NCBI GenBank assembly: GCA_965214375.1 | Contig: OZ243947.1 | Location: forward strand, 2,318,550-2,382,549 | From: Cellvibrionaceae bacterium | GTDB taxonomy: Bacteria; Pseudomonadota; Gammaproteobacteria; Pseudomonadales; Cellvibrionaceae | Direction of reading: 5' to 3' | DNA: 64,000 nt | Shown: positions 10,710-20,106 of the stretch, in pieces | Layout of the letters: each line of letters begins with the position of its first letter | Numbering within the stretch: position 1 is the stretch's first letter | Program-made: the position numbers and the translations under genes | The notes under the pieces: generated by a model | What the model was told of the DNA's origin: nothing | Databases searched by the model: none | The model's input: only the letters and a program-made list of their open reading frames with translations

Positions 10710-10940
10710 GGTGCTCCCAATGATTAAGTTATTTATTAGCTAAGACGAGCAATACTTCTTCTCTGGATACATTATACCGCGAATATTTCCGGGTTGATTT
10801 TTACCCGAAAATTCGGATCTTTAGTGTTTCCATTTTTTATTTAAAATAATCTCTTTGATTTATAAGGAAGTTTTTTAAATAACGTTGTTGGCGCGAAAAT
10901 TGCCTTTATAGATTAATTGTTTAATTAGTTGTAGAGGTAC

Positions 10941-11270
10941 ATGATGAGTAGTAGCGGTGGTGGAGGAACATACCGTAGTGCAAGAGATTTGTTGGCGCAT
11001 ACGTCGTCAGGCCCTATTAGTCATCGTGCCGAGCAGCGCAGAGCGACAGCACATGCGGCCAAAGGTAGAGCAGCAGGGCATGTAAGTAGACAGCACGCCA
11101 AGCAACAAGAGGCTGCGGGAGGACATCAAGATTCGGCTACTGGAATGAGCCGCGCGGACTATGCCCTGAGTGCAATGGCAGGTCCGATTTTAGATCAGCT
11201 CGAAGCGGAGGGAATGTTTAAAACCCCTGCTCCAGAAAAAACACATCCGCCGCCATCGCAACAAGGTTAA
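10941..11270 (+). CDS. Hypothetical low-complexity protein; the frame continues past TAA to 11396
   Basis: ORF with SD GAGG; Gly/Ala/His-rich; 41 more sense codons follow the stop. Confidence 0.5.
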   Translation: MMSSSGGGGTYRSARDLLAHTSSGPISHRAEQRRATAHAAKGRAAGHVSRQHAKQQEAAGGHQDSATGMSRADYALSAMAGPILDQLEAEGMFKTPAPEKTHPPPSQQG

Positions 11271-11567
11271 AGTGTTAAAGATACCCTTAAGGCAGGATGT
11301 AAAGCATTAAAAAAAATGCCAAATGAACAACCCAAGGTTACTGGTAGAGGATTCGGTGGTAAGGCGGCTAAATTAAGTTCTTTATTCAAAAGCTGATCTT
11401 AATAAAAAACTAAATAAAAATGTGACGTGGGTTGTTGAAACAGAAATTTGGTTGTGGTCTAATAAAAATCAACATGAGCTGCCATGATGTAGATGTCGCC
11501 AAAATCTTCATTGCGTAACAGCTAAAAAAATAACGGAATAAATAGTAATTACAAGGATTCGTCCCGT

Positions 11568-12662
11568 ATGACCACCAAAATTGATCTCTCCCTCCTACCT
11601 GCACCTGATTTAGTTGAAGCGCTAGATTATGAAAGCACTTTTTCTAAAATTCGAGATCAGTTAAATGGTTTACAGCCTTTATTATTTGATAATGACTATC
11701 AAACTGACTTAAAAAAAGCCGAAGTTTTTACCTCTGAAAACGGTGAAAGGTATTTTAAAATCCCTGTTTCCGACGATGCAGGTCTTCATTACCTCGATTT
11801 GGAATCGGACCCATTGGTTAAACAGTTACAGATATTTGCCTATCGGGAAATGCTGTTAACTCAAAAAATAAATAATGCCGCACAAGCAACCATGATCGCT
11901 TTTGCGACGGGTTCAGATCTGGAGCACGAAGCGGCGCGCTTTGGTGTTCAACGTCTTCTTATTGCGCCTGCTGACCCTACGACAAATCCGCCGACGGAAG
12001 CCGTTTACGAAACCGATACGAGTCTACGCTATAGAACACAGATTGCATTGGAAGGTTTGAGTACCGCGGGTTCCAGAGGAGCTTATGAATTTCATGCCTT
12101 AAGTGCATCAGCAAAAATTAAAGCGGTAGACATCACATCCCCCAAATTTACTTACCTTACATTAACGTCAGAACAGCAAGCAGTATTGCCTGAAGGCGCA
12201 TTAGTCATTGTTCCTGAAGATGATGCGGGCTTAACAAATCCTATCCCTGGTGATGTCGCGGTAACGGTATTAACAACAGAAGGTGACGGCTCTGCGTCAG
12301 AAGAGATTCTTAACGAAGTCAACAATGCCCTAAGCTCTGAAGATGTACGACCGCTCAATGATTTTCCAAGGGTGCGTTCAGCAGAAGTTGTTAATTACAC
12401 CATTGATTCGTCTTTGATTTTATCGCCAGGGCCAGACGATAGTGTTGCGCTGAATGCTGCCCTGGATGCTGTTAATAATTATGTCGAGGCATCTAAAGGT
12501 ATCGGTTCTCCGCCCACTATTGCCGGGCTTTATAGCGCGTTAAAACAGCCGGGCGTTTATGATGTCGAGCTACATGAACCCGCCAGCAAAATAGAATTAA
12601 CGCCCTATCAAAGTGCATATTGTACATCCATTAATGTTGTTATTGGTGGTGTTCATGGCTAG
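11568..12662 (+). CDS. Phage baseplate J protein (P2 gpJ-like)
   Basis: IDLSLLPAPDLVEALDYE, LESDPLVK, EGLSTAGSRGAYEFHA and VRPLND motifs. Confidence 0.92.
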   Translation: MTTKIDLSLLPAPDLVEALDYESTFSKIRDQLNGLQPLLFDNDYQTDLKKAEVFTSENGERYFKIPVSDDAGLHYLDLESDPLVKQLQIFAYREMLLTQKINNAAQATMIAFATGSDLEHEAARFGVQRLLIAPADPTTNPPTEAVYETDTSLRYRTQIALEGLSTAGSRGAYEFHALSASAKIKAVDITSPKFTYLTLTSEQQAVLPEGALVIVPEDDAGLTNPIPGDVAVTVLTTEGDGSASEEILNEVNNALSSEDVRPLNDFPRVRSAEVVNYTIDSSLILSPGPDDSVALNAALDAVNNYVEASKGIGSPPTIAGLYSALKQPGVYDVELHEPASKIELTPYQSAYCTSINVVIGGVHG

Positions 12663-13218
12663 TTTGTTACCGTTAAATGCAACACCGCTAGAGCGCGATA
12701 TAGAAACGGTTGCCGGAACCGCAACTGAGCTGCCTGTACCTATTCCATCGTTGTGGGATTGGGAAACTTGCCCTGCTGAATTTTTACCGTGGTTATCATG
12801 GACGTTTTCGGTTGATGATTGGGATTCCAATTGGTCGGAAGATCAAAAAAGACAATCGATCAAAGAAAGTTATGAAATTCATGTGAAAAAAGGCACTGTA
12901 GGTAGTATTCGTCGTGTCTTAAGAGCAGCGGGCTACGGGGAGGTTGTTATTATTGAAAGAGCACACCCTAATTTACACGACGGCAAAATACGCCACAACG
13001 GTGAGCATCGTTATCAAAGCACTGAAACCAATGGTTTCATGTATAGAGTATATCTAGGTACGCCAATCTCTATTCAACAAGCTGCTCAAATAAGAAGATT
13101 GCTCGCACAAACGGCACCGGTAAGATCTCATTTGGCAGAAATTCATTACAAAGATGCTTTGCATTTACACAACAACACCTTGCGACGGAACGGTGAATAT
13201 ACAAGAGGAGCGGTATAA
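12655..13218 (+). CDS. Phage tail protein I (P2 gpI-like)
   Basis: SLLPLNATPLER, LWDWETCPAEFLPWLSWTFSVDDWD and KKGTVGSIRR. Confidence 0.9.
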   Translation: MASLLPLNATPLERDIETVAGTATELPVPIPSLWDWETCPAEFLPWLSWTFSVDDWDSNWSEDQKRQSIKESYEIHVKKGTVGSIRRVLRAAGYGEVVIIERAHPNLHDGKIRHNGEHRYQSTETNGFMYRVYLGTPISIQQAAQIRRLLAQTAPVRSHLAEIHYKDALHLHNNTLRRNGEYTRGAV

Positions 13219-14429
13219 TGGCTAACCTGCCAGAAGAACCTTTATATGAAGAAGGAATCTACCAAATTGAAGAACACGACCCTGTTATGGCAGGGCCAGA
13301 TGGCATTGATAACCTTCAAGCCAAACAATTAGATAATCGTACAGAGTGGTTAAAGCAAGAAATAGAATCCCTACAAAACGAACTTAACAGTATTGATGCT
13401 TACACAAAAGTACAATCAGATGAACGCTTTGTTAATGTTGTTAATCAAAGAAATAAAAATGCCATTATTAATGGAAATTTTGATATATGGCAACGGGGTA
13501 TAAGCCAAACAGCCACAGGTTATGGTAGTGATGACAGATGGCTGAATGAAAATTTTGGCTCTTCAAAAACAGTGAGTCGAGAGTTTTTTGTAGTGGGTCA
13601 AACTGATGTTCCTAATCACCCGAGATATTTAAGTCGTACTATTGTTTCCAGTGTTCCGGGCAGCTCCAATCATGTGATTAAAATTCAAAAAATAGAAGAT
13701 GTTAGAACTTGCTCAGGAGAAACGATAACTTTATCTTTTTGGGCTAAAGCTGATGATAATAAAAATATCGTAACTTCTTTTTTACAAAAATTTGGTACAG
13801 GAGGAAGCCCGTCGTCAACAGTGAGTGGTATTGCCTCTACAACACATAGCCTAACGACTGCTTGGCATAAGTTTACTGTTACAACAATTTTACCTTCGAT
13901 TTCAGGAAAGACAATAGGTTCTCATGATAACAGTTCATTGGATGTTAGGTTTTGGTTTGATGCGGGCTCGGCCTTTGAGGCTCGTACTAATTCCCTGGGT
14001 AATCAATCAGGTACTTTTGATATTGCCCAAGTACAACTTGAAAGAGGAAGCGTTGCAACGGATTTTGAATTTAAAACATTGGCAGAAGAGCATTCGGCTT
14101 GTGAGAGATATTATAGAAAAAGCTATATTTCAAATGTATTTCCTGGAACGCCAGATAATTCTGGAAAAATAATGTATGGAGCCAGTTCATCCGGTGCTCA
14201 GCAGCAATATTCTGAACGTTTTTCAGAAATGCGTAGTGCGCCTGTAGTTATTTTATATTCTCCTGCTACCGGTTCTGCCGGGAGCATAAGGCAAGAGTCG
14301 GTAGGCTCGGACTCCCATGGGGCAACAGGAATAATTGCAAGTAGTAAAGGATTTGTTGTAAATAAAAATTCACATCATTCAGCGGGTAAAGTTTATTCGT
14401 TCCATTATACCGCTGATGCGGAGCTGTAA
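13218..14429 (+). CDS. Phage tail fibre protein with carbohydrate-binding-like C-terminal region
   Basis: Position after gpI; N-terminal MANLPEEP...LQAKQLDNRTEWLK; NAIINGNFDIWQRG...QVQLERGSVATDFE domain. Confidence 0.8.
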   Translation: MANLPEEPLYEEGIYQIEEHDPVMAGPDGIDNLQAKQLDNRTEWLKQEIESLQNELNSIDAYTKVQSDERFVNVVNQRNKNAIINGNFDIWQRGISQTATGYGSDDRWLNENFGSSKTVSREFFVVGQTDVPNHPRYLSRTIVSSVPGSSNHVIKIQKIEDVRTCSGETITLSFWAKADDNKNIVTSFLQKFGTGGSPSSTVSGIASTTHSLTTAWHKFTVTTILPSISGKTIGSHDNSSLDVRFWFDAGSAFEARTNSLGNQSGTFDIAQVQLERGSVATDFEFKTLAEEHSACERYYRKSYISNVFPGTPDNSGKIMYGASSSGAQQQYSERFSEMRSAPVVILYSPATGSAGSIRQESVGSDSHGATGIIASSKGFVVNKNSHHSAGKVYSFHYTADAEL

Positions 14430-14431
14430 GA

Positions 14432-14560
14432 ATGAAGCAGTATCAAGAAATGATAGATAAAACCATCTCTACCTCTCACTCGCTATACGCGAAATTATTA
14501 GAAGAAGTGGCGGTTGATAACGTGGATCAATATAAATTGGCAAGTTTAGAAGAGGAATAG
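14432..14560 (+). CDS. Small phage ORF, 42 aa (possible fibre-assembly remnant)
   Basis: Manual translation MKQYQEMIDKTISTSHSLYAKLLEEVAVDNVDQYKLASLEEE; fills the gap between the two fibre genes. Confidence 0.4.
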   Translation: MKQYQEMIDKTISTSHSLYAKLLEEVAVDNVDQYKLASLEEE

Positions 14561-14564
14561 AATA

Positions 14565-15191
14565 ATGGCTAATCTTCCAGAACAACCTGAATATGAAGAA
14601 GGAATTTATCAGCTTGAAGAAACAGATCCTGTTTTGGGTGGGCCTAACGGTATTGATAATCTCCAAGCAAAACAACTTGCAAATCGAACCAATTGGTTAA
14701 AGCTGAGAATTGAAGCATTGCAGGCAGGTATCGGCATAGATGCTTATACTCAAGTACAAGTTGATGGATTGGTTGCTGAACGATTAACTCAAGAACAGGC
14801 GGATGGGCTATATGAACCATTAAATGCTATTGATCCTTTTGTTGGGTTCTTCTGTCCTTTTGCAGGCGATACTGCTCCTGATGGTTTTTTAGAATGTAAT
14901 GGAGCGGCTATATCAAGAACAGCATATGCAGCATTGTTTGCAGTTATTGGTGTTGTCGGTGGTAATGAACACAAAACCTTAGAAGCTGAAATCTCCGGTC
15001 TGTGGAAAGAAACCGAACTGGCAGAGTGGGCAGATGATGCCAATGCAGAAAACACCTTTAAGATTGTGGCCTACGAATACCAACTGAAAATCGAAGGCAA
15101 AGAGGTGTTATATCTGGATTATGAACGCCGCCTTGTTCGCATTAATGGCAAGGATATTTCAGCGGACATTAACAAGCGTTTAAAAGCCTGA
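14565..15191 (+). pseudogene. Chimeric ORF: second tail fibre N-terminus/tail-collar fused to major tail tube (gpFII-like) C-terminus
   Basis: The collar motif PDGFLECNGAAISRTAYAALFAVIG switches abruptly to a tube-like YQLKIEGKEVLYLD...INGKDI end, followed directly by gpE. Confidence 0.75.
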
Positions 15192-15252
15192 TCACACAGC
15201 GTTTAAATCACTGTTAAACCGTTATTTTATTTTACTGTAAGAGGAACGATTC

Positions 15253-15528
15253 ATGTCAGCCACCAAAACCAAAACGGTACCACTATCCCAGTTCATTAAA
15301 CGGGGGGATGAGACTATTGATAAAGTGACTTTGCGCAAACCGGATGCAGGTAGTCTGCGTGGTGTCACACTCACCGATATTGTCCGCATGGATGTGGATG
15401 CCCTGGCCGAAGTGGTGCCGCGTTTATCGCAAATTACCGAGCCGGAGTTTCGCCAGTTAGACCCTTACGATTTGATGATGGTGGGGAAAGAAGTCACGTC
15501 TTTTTTCGTGATACCGCCGAGCAAATAG
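15253..15528 (+). CDS. Phage tail assembly chaperone (gpE-like)
   Basis: VTLRKPDAGSLRGVTLTDI...LDPYDL; lies between tube and tape measure. Confidence 0.9.
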   Translation: MSATKTKTVPLSQFIKRGDETIDKVTLRKPDAGSLRGVTLTDIVRMDVDALAEVVPRLSQITEPEFRQLDPYDLMMVGKEVTSFFVIPPSK

Positions 15529-15689
15529 GCGGCGAACTGGACAAGGTCTTACCTGACGATATTGAAAACTGGATGGCAGACTGTGCTGCCATTTTACATA
15601 CCCAGCCTTCGCAAATGGATGGCTGGGATTTATTGACACTCTACCGTTGGCACCAACAAGCGATAGCACGAGCGCCGAATGACGATTGA
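15501..15689 (+). CDS. gpE' extension produced by programmed -1 frameshift
   Basis: Slippery T TTT TTC at 15501-15507. The -1 frame reads FRDTAEQIGGELDKVLPDDIENWMADCAAILHTQPSQMDGWDLLTLYRWHQQAIARAPNDD*, resembling P2 gpE'. Confidence 0.82.
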   Translation, partial: FFRDTAEQIGGELDKVLPDDIENWMADCAAILHTQPSQMDGWDLLTLYRWHQQAIARAPNDD

Positions 15690-18057
15690 AACCGCCGCCA
15701 TCTTAAAACTGGTTGATGAGTTTACCGCCCCTGCAAAACATATTGTCGGGGCAAGTAGTAAGCTGGATAAAACGCTCACGGCCACACAAAAGCAACTGGC
15801 ACACTTAAAAAGTGATCGTGCCGAGATTGCGGCATTTACTCGTTTGGAAAAACAAAGCCACACCATCCGTCAGGCACTGACCGCCCAGCAACAAAAGGTC
15901 AAGCAACTGGCAATGGCTTATAAGAGCGCACAAAAACCCACGAAAAAACTCACCGCAGAATTTGACCGCGCCAAACAGCAAGCGGCGCAACTGAAAAAAC
16001 AATACCAACAAGAAACCGTACAGCTTGAACAATTAAAACGCTCGCTCAAGTCAACTGGTCGCAGTACTTCATTGTTAAGCCGTCATCAAAAAAAGCTGGA
16101 CAGGGATATTGATCGCACCACCAAAAGCCTGCGCCAGCAAGAACGGGCATTAAAACAACACAATGCCACGATGCAACGGATGCGCAAACTATCCGAGGGT
16201 GCCAGAGGGGTTGCCGGTAAAGCATCATTAGTCGGTGCTGGTGGTTTAGGTGCAGCATGGCTCGGTGGCCGTGCATTGGGTGCGGCTGGAGAATATAAAG
16301 CCCTGCTCGCGGATGTGGCAGTGACCGCAGGGATGTCAGATAAAGAAGTGACGCAGCTTAAAAATACCTTGTCCGAATTAACCGATGTGACTTATCAAAG
16401 TCGCAAGATGCTTGGCGAAGGTGCCAAGGTGTTAATTGCATCGGGTCTGGACTTGGAAAAAACACTGGGCAGTTTACCCGCCATTGGTAAAACGGCCACT
16501 GCCGCCGAAGCCGAAGTGCAGGAAGTGGCTCGCACGGCATTTGCCTTGATTGATAACTGGAGTATTCCTACGCAAGAATTGGGGCGAGCCATGGATATGC
16601 TCACCGAATCAGGCAAACTGGGACGCTTTGAATTGCGGGATATGGCGCAGTACTTTCCGTCACTAACGGCGCAGGCCAAACGCTTGGGACTGGAAGGTGC
16701 CGAGGGTGTCGCCACACTTGGCTCGGCATTACAAATTGCCTTGCGTGGTGCCGCAGACCCGGCCGAGCCAGCCAATAACATGCGCAACTTTTTAGCCAAG
16801 GTCACATCACCGGAAACCATTAAGCGGGCGGCAGATATTTATGGTATTAATCTGGAGCGGGAATTAAAAGCTGCGACACAAAAAGGACTGAACCCGTTGG
16901 AATTTATGCTCGGTAGAATTCAGCAATTGACCCAGGGTGATGCCTTTCGTATTGGGGAATTGTTTGGGGATTTACAGGTACAGCAATTTCTAACCCCGAT
17001 GATGGCGAACCTGAAAGACTACGAAGCCCTGAAAAAAACCGTGCTATCGGCCAGTGGTGCGGTTGATCAGGATTTAAAACGCCGTGTGGAACTTGACCCG
17101 ACATTGGGCTGGAAAAATCTGGCCGATGATATCGCCGAGTTACGCGATGAAGCTATCGACACATTATTGCCAGTGCTAAAAGAATTGTTAAAGGATATTA
17201 AACCGATTTTACAATCTATGAGCGCATGGATTAAAGAGAACCCCACCTTCACCAAGTGGATTATGGTCACTGTGGCTTCGGTGATTGCCTTAACTGCCGT
17301 ACTGGCACCGCTCATTGCGCTGATTGCCAGTAGTGTGACCTTGTGGGCAATGTGGCGTTTGGGTATGGGCAAACTGTTTGTCCCTATGAACACGGCGACC
17401 AAAAGTGCAGGCTGGTTATCTCGCTTGCTGAAAGGGTTGGGCAGTGTACTGATGTGGGTCGGCCGTGCGGTGCTGCCTTTTGTTGGTAAAGCCATTTTAT
17501 GGTTAGGCCGTGCATTACTGGCAAACCCTATTGGTTTATTGATTACTGCCATTGCCGGTGGTGCCTATTTGATTATCAAACATTGGGAGCCAATCAAAGC
17601 GTTTTTTGCTGACCTGTGGCAAAGCATGCGCGAGCCATTACTGTTTGTTTACGATATGGTGATGAAATATAGTCCCTTTGGTCTATTGTTGCGTGGCCTT
17701 AAAAAATTAAAAGGCTTTATGACTGGTTTGTGGGGTGGAGAAGAAAACAAAGTTGCGGTAGAAGCGACACAAAATATTAAACAGCTACCTGCCAATGATG
17801 CCTATTACCGTGCAGACATCAAACCGTTTATGGCAAGCAATGATAAAAAAACAGGGACAGGTAGTCAGCCCTATACCCCTTTAAGACAAACGAATAACAG
17901 TGCTAAAACCAAGTCGTTTTACTCAAACCCGACCATCAATATTTATGCCTCTCCGAGTATGTCAGAGGAAACATTAACACGCATGGCGACCCGCGCTGTT
18001 GATAAAGCAAACCGACAAGCCGAACGCCGTCACCAAGGTCGGTTACATGAGGGCTAA
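15679..18057 (+). CDS. Phage tail tape measure protein
   Basis: 792 aa; coiled-coil N-terminus, GKLGRFELRDMAQYFP core and LANPIGLLITAIAGGAYLIIKHWEPIK repeat region. Confidence 0.92.
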   Translation: MTIETAAILKLVDEFTAPAKHIVGASSKLDKTLTATQKQLAHLKSDRAEIAAFTRLEKQSHTIRQALTAQQQKVKQLAMAYKSAQKPTKKLTAEFDRAKQQAAQLKKQYQQETVQLEQLKRSLKSTGRSTSLLSRHQKKLDRDIDRTTKSLRQQERALKQHNATMQRMRKLSEGARGVAGKASLVGAGGLGAAWLGGRALGAAGEYKALLADVAVTAGMSDKEVTQLKNTLSELTDVTYQSRKMLGEGAKVLIASGLDLEKTLGSLPAIGKTATAAEAEVQEVARTAFALIDNWSIPTQELGRAMDMLTESGKLGRFELRDMAQYFPSLTAQAKRLGLEGAEGVATLGSALQIALRGAADPAEPANNMRNFLAKVTSPETIKRAADIYGINLERELKAATQKGLNPLEFMLGRIQQLTQGDAFRIGELFGDLQVQQFLTPMMANLKDYEALKKTVLSASGAVDQDLKRRVELDPTLGWKNLADDIAELRDEAIDTLLPVLKELLKDIKPILQSMSAWIKENPTFTKWIMVTVASVIALTAVLAPLIALIASSVTLWAMWRLGMGKLFVPMNTATKSAGWLSRLLKGLGSVLMWVGRAVLPFVGKAILWLGRALLANPIGLLITAIAGGAYLIIKHWEPIKAFFADLWQSMREPLLFVYDMVMKYSPFGLLLRGLKKLKGFMTGLWGGEENKVAVEATQNIKQLPANDAYYRADIKPFMASNDKKTGTGSQPYTPLRQTNNSAKTKSFYSNPTINIYASPSMSEETLTRMATRAVDKANRQAERRHQGRLHEG

Positions 18058-18468
18058 GTGATGTCGGTACAAATGATTATTGGGGATTTTCCGTTTTCCT
18101 TATCCACGGCTGAATACAATGAGATTCGCCGTTCTATGGAATATCGCTGGCAACAGCGTGATCGTATGAATCGCAAGCCCGCTTTGCAATTTCATGGTGC
18201 GGGTTTAAAAGAAGTTTCACTGACCGGGGTTATTCATGTGCAAATCGTCCAACAATTGCAACATCCGCAACACATGGAAGCAATGGCCGATAAAGGCGAA
18301 CCGCTCCATTTACTCGCCAGTAACGATACCGTCAAGGCCGATTATTTAGGGCAATGGGTGATTACCCGTTTGGAGTTTATCGATACCGATTTAATGGCAG
18401 ACGGGACACCGGAGACCATTACTTTTTCATTAACTCTTAAAGAGTATGGCGACGATGGCCGTGTATAA
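18058..18468 (+). CDS. Phage tail protein (gpU-like)
   Basis: IGDFPFSLSTAEY, YRWQQRDR...ALQFHG and YLGQWVI. Confidence 0.88.
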   Translation: MMSVQMIIGDFPFSLSTAEYNEIRRSMEYRWQQRDRMNRKPALQFHGAGLKEVSLTGVIHVQIVQQLQHPQHMEAMADKGEPLHLLASNDTVKADYLGQWVITRLEFIDTDLMADGTPETITFSLTLKEYGDDGRV

Positions 18469-18667
18469 CACCGTTGATGGCGATATGGTCGATGCGATTT
18501 GTGCGCGTCATTATCCACACGTCCCCCTGGATCAGGCCGTTAATGAAGTGCTTGCCGCTAACAAAGGTTTGGCGGCCATGGGGACGGTATTACCGGAAGA
18601 TGTCACCATTATCTTGCCAGATATCGTTGCAGTAGAAGTTAGTTCTACACTGCAATTATGGGATTAG
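18446..18667 (+). CDS. Phage tail protein X (gpX-like)
   Basis: YNTVDGDMVDAICARHY...VLAANKGL...LQLWD. Confidence 0.9.
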   Translation: MATMAVYNTVDGDMVDAICARHYPHVPLDQAVNEVLAANKGLAAMGTVLPEDVTIILPDIVAVEVSSTLQLWD

Positions 18668-18670
18668 CCC

Positions 18671-19657
18671 ATGGATAAAAGCGCGTTTAAAGTGGTGATT
18701 AATGGTCAGGATAAAACCGCCTTATTTGCTGATCGTTTGGAATCCATTACGGTAGTGGATAATGCCGGACTGGATTCAGATACGGCCGAAATTGTGTTGG
18801 ATGATCGTGACCAGATCATTGCATTACCAGCGATTAATGCCGAGATGGAATTGTGGTTAGGCACAATGCAACACCAGCAACCGCAACTGACGTGGGCAGG
18901 CTTATATACCATTGATGAGATTGAAACCGATGATTACGAAGGCACACTCAGTTTACACGGTAAAGCGGCCGATATGCTGGGCAGTTTAAAAGCCCCACAC
19001 AATGCCAGCTACGATGATATTACCCTGGAGACATTGCTCACAACGATTGCACAACGCCACGGTTATCAACCTATTATTGCCCCGGCACTGGCCAAGAAAC
19101 ACTACGCGCATATCGATCAACGCTCACAATCAGATATTGATTTATTGACCGCTAAAGCCTCTGAACTCAGTGCTGTGTGCAAACCTACCGGTAAACGCTT
19201 GTGTCTGTTGCTGGAAGATGCCAACCAAACCGCCAGTGGAAAATCGCTCACCCGATTGCCATTAGATGCCAAAGTCGAAGGGACTTACATTAATGCACGA
19301 ATAGCTGGCCGCAATGAATACGGAGCGGTAAAAGCCTACTGGCAAGGGGCAGATGATAGCCAAAAACACAGTGTCTCTGTGGGTGGCGGTGAGACGGTTT
19401 ATACCATGCGATCCATATTGACCAGCCATCAACACGCAGTGGATACCGTGAAAGCCAAGTGGTCGCAATTAAAACGGGGTGGTGTGGAATTAACGTGTGA
19501 GCGTCCGTTAAGTGTTACCTATGCTGCGGAACGCCATATTGATTTAGTCAACCATCGGCATGCAGGCGAGTATGTGATTAAAACCGCTACGCATACCCTC
19601 GGCCAGCAAGTGAGTACCACCACATTATTATTGCGATTGCCATCGGCTCGACATTAG
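18671..19657 (+). CDS. Phage late control D family baseplate hub protein (gpD-like)
   Basis: DRLESITVVDNAGLDSDT, GLYTIDEIE and HIDQRSQSDIDLL. Confidence 0.88.
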   Translation: MDKSAFKVVINGQDKTALFADRLESITVVDNAGLDSDTAEIVLDDRDQIIALPAINAEMELWLGTMQHQQPQLTWAGLYTIDEIETDDYEGTLSLHGKAADMLGSLKAPHNASYDDITLETLLTTIAQRHGYQPIIAPALAKKHYAHIDQRSQSDIDLLTAKASELSAVCKPTGKRLCLLLEDANQTASGKSLTRLPLDAKVEGTYINARIAGRNEYGAVKAYWQGADDSQKHSVSVGGGETVYTMRSILTSHQHAVDTVKAKWSQLKRGGVELTCERPLSVTYAAERHIDLVNHRHAGEYVIKTATHTLGQQVSTTTLLLRLPSARH

Positions 19658-19881
19658 CGTTCGCACGTTAATGGTTTTTTAACAATTGGGTTTTTATGCA
19701 AGGATAGCTTTTGGAATAATGTTGCCACACCTGACGTCAGTAGCTCTTTGTGATCTGGGTCGTTGATTCTAAGTCGGGTGATAATTTTTCCATTGGGATT
19801 GATTATCACCACTGCTGTGCTGGCAGCTTTGATGTTTTGTGCTTCACTTATAGTATGGGTACCTCTGGTTTTTGTTTGCAT
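19654..19881 (-). CDS. Hypothetical protein, 75 aa
   Basis: ORF with SD-like GGA; its stop overlaps the gpD stop; divergent from the HTH gene. Confidence 0.5.
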   Translation of the reverse strand: MQTKTRGTHTISEAQNIKAASTAVVIINPNGKIITRLRINDPDHKELLTSGVATLFQKLSLHKNPIVKKPLTCER

Positions 19882-19965
19882 GAAAAAATCCTGGGTTGTT
19901 GTTTGTTATTCGAGGCAGCAATATAGCAGTGATTTTGACGGTATAAAAATGTCGCACAATACATC

Positions 19966-20023
19966 TTTTAAACCCACTTAAAATTTGACACCTGTTTCAT
20001 CGTATTTTTTAAGTGGGTTTAAA
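19966..20023. repeat. 17-bp perfect inverted repeat with a 24-bp spacer containing TTGACA
   Basis: TTTTAAACCCACTTAAA (19966-19982) / TTTAAGTGGGTTTAAAA (20007-20023). Confidence 0.9.
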
Positions 20024-20106
20024 ACTTTTTAGGGTGCGTTATAAAAACCAATTTGCTATAAAACAATAATCTATAGGTGGCGTTTTATTCAACCCATAAT
20101 TATTGT

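Noticed and set aside
10530-11567. attL duplicate of the tRNA 3' end
   Set aside because: No match to the tRNA terminal sequence was found by eye.
13218-15191. Diversity-generating retroelement or invertible fibre cassette
   Set aside because: No reverse transcriptase, no adenine-mismatched TR/VR pair and no invertase or inverted crossover sites seen. The only repeat is the shared N-terminus.
11568-19657. eCIS/T6SS or complete R-type tailocin
   Set aside because: No Afp/PVC-type ATPase, VgrG/PAAR or Tss genes. Gene order is P2-like, and sheath, spike (V) and W are missing.
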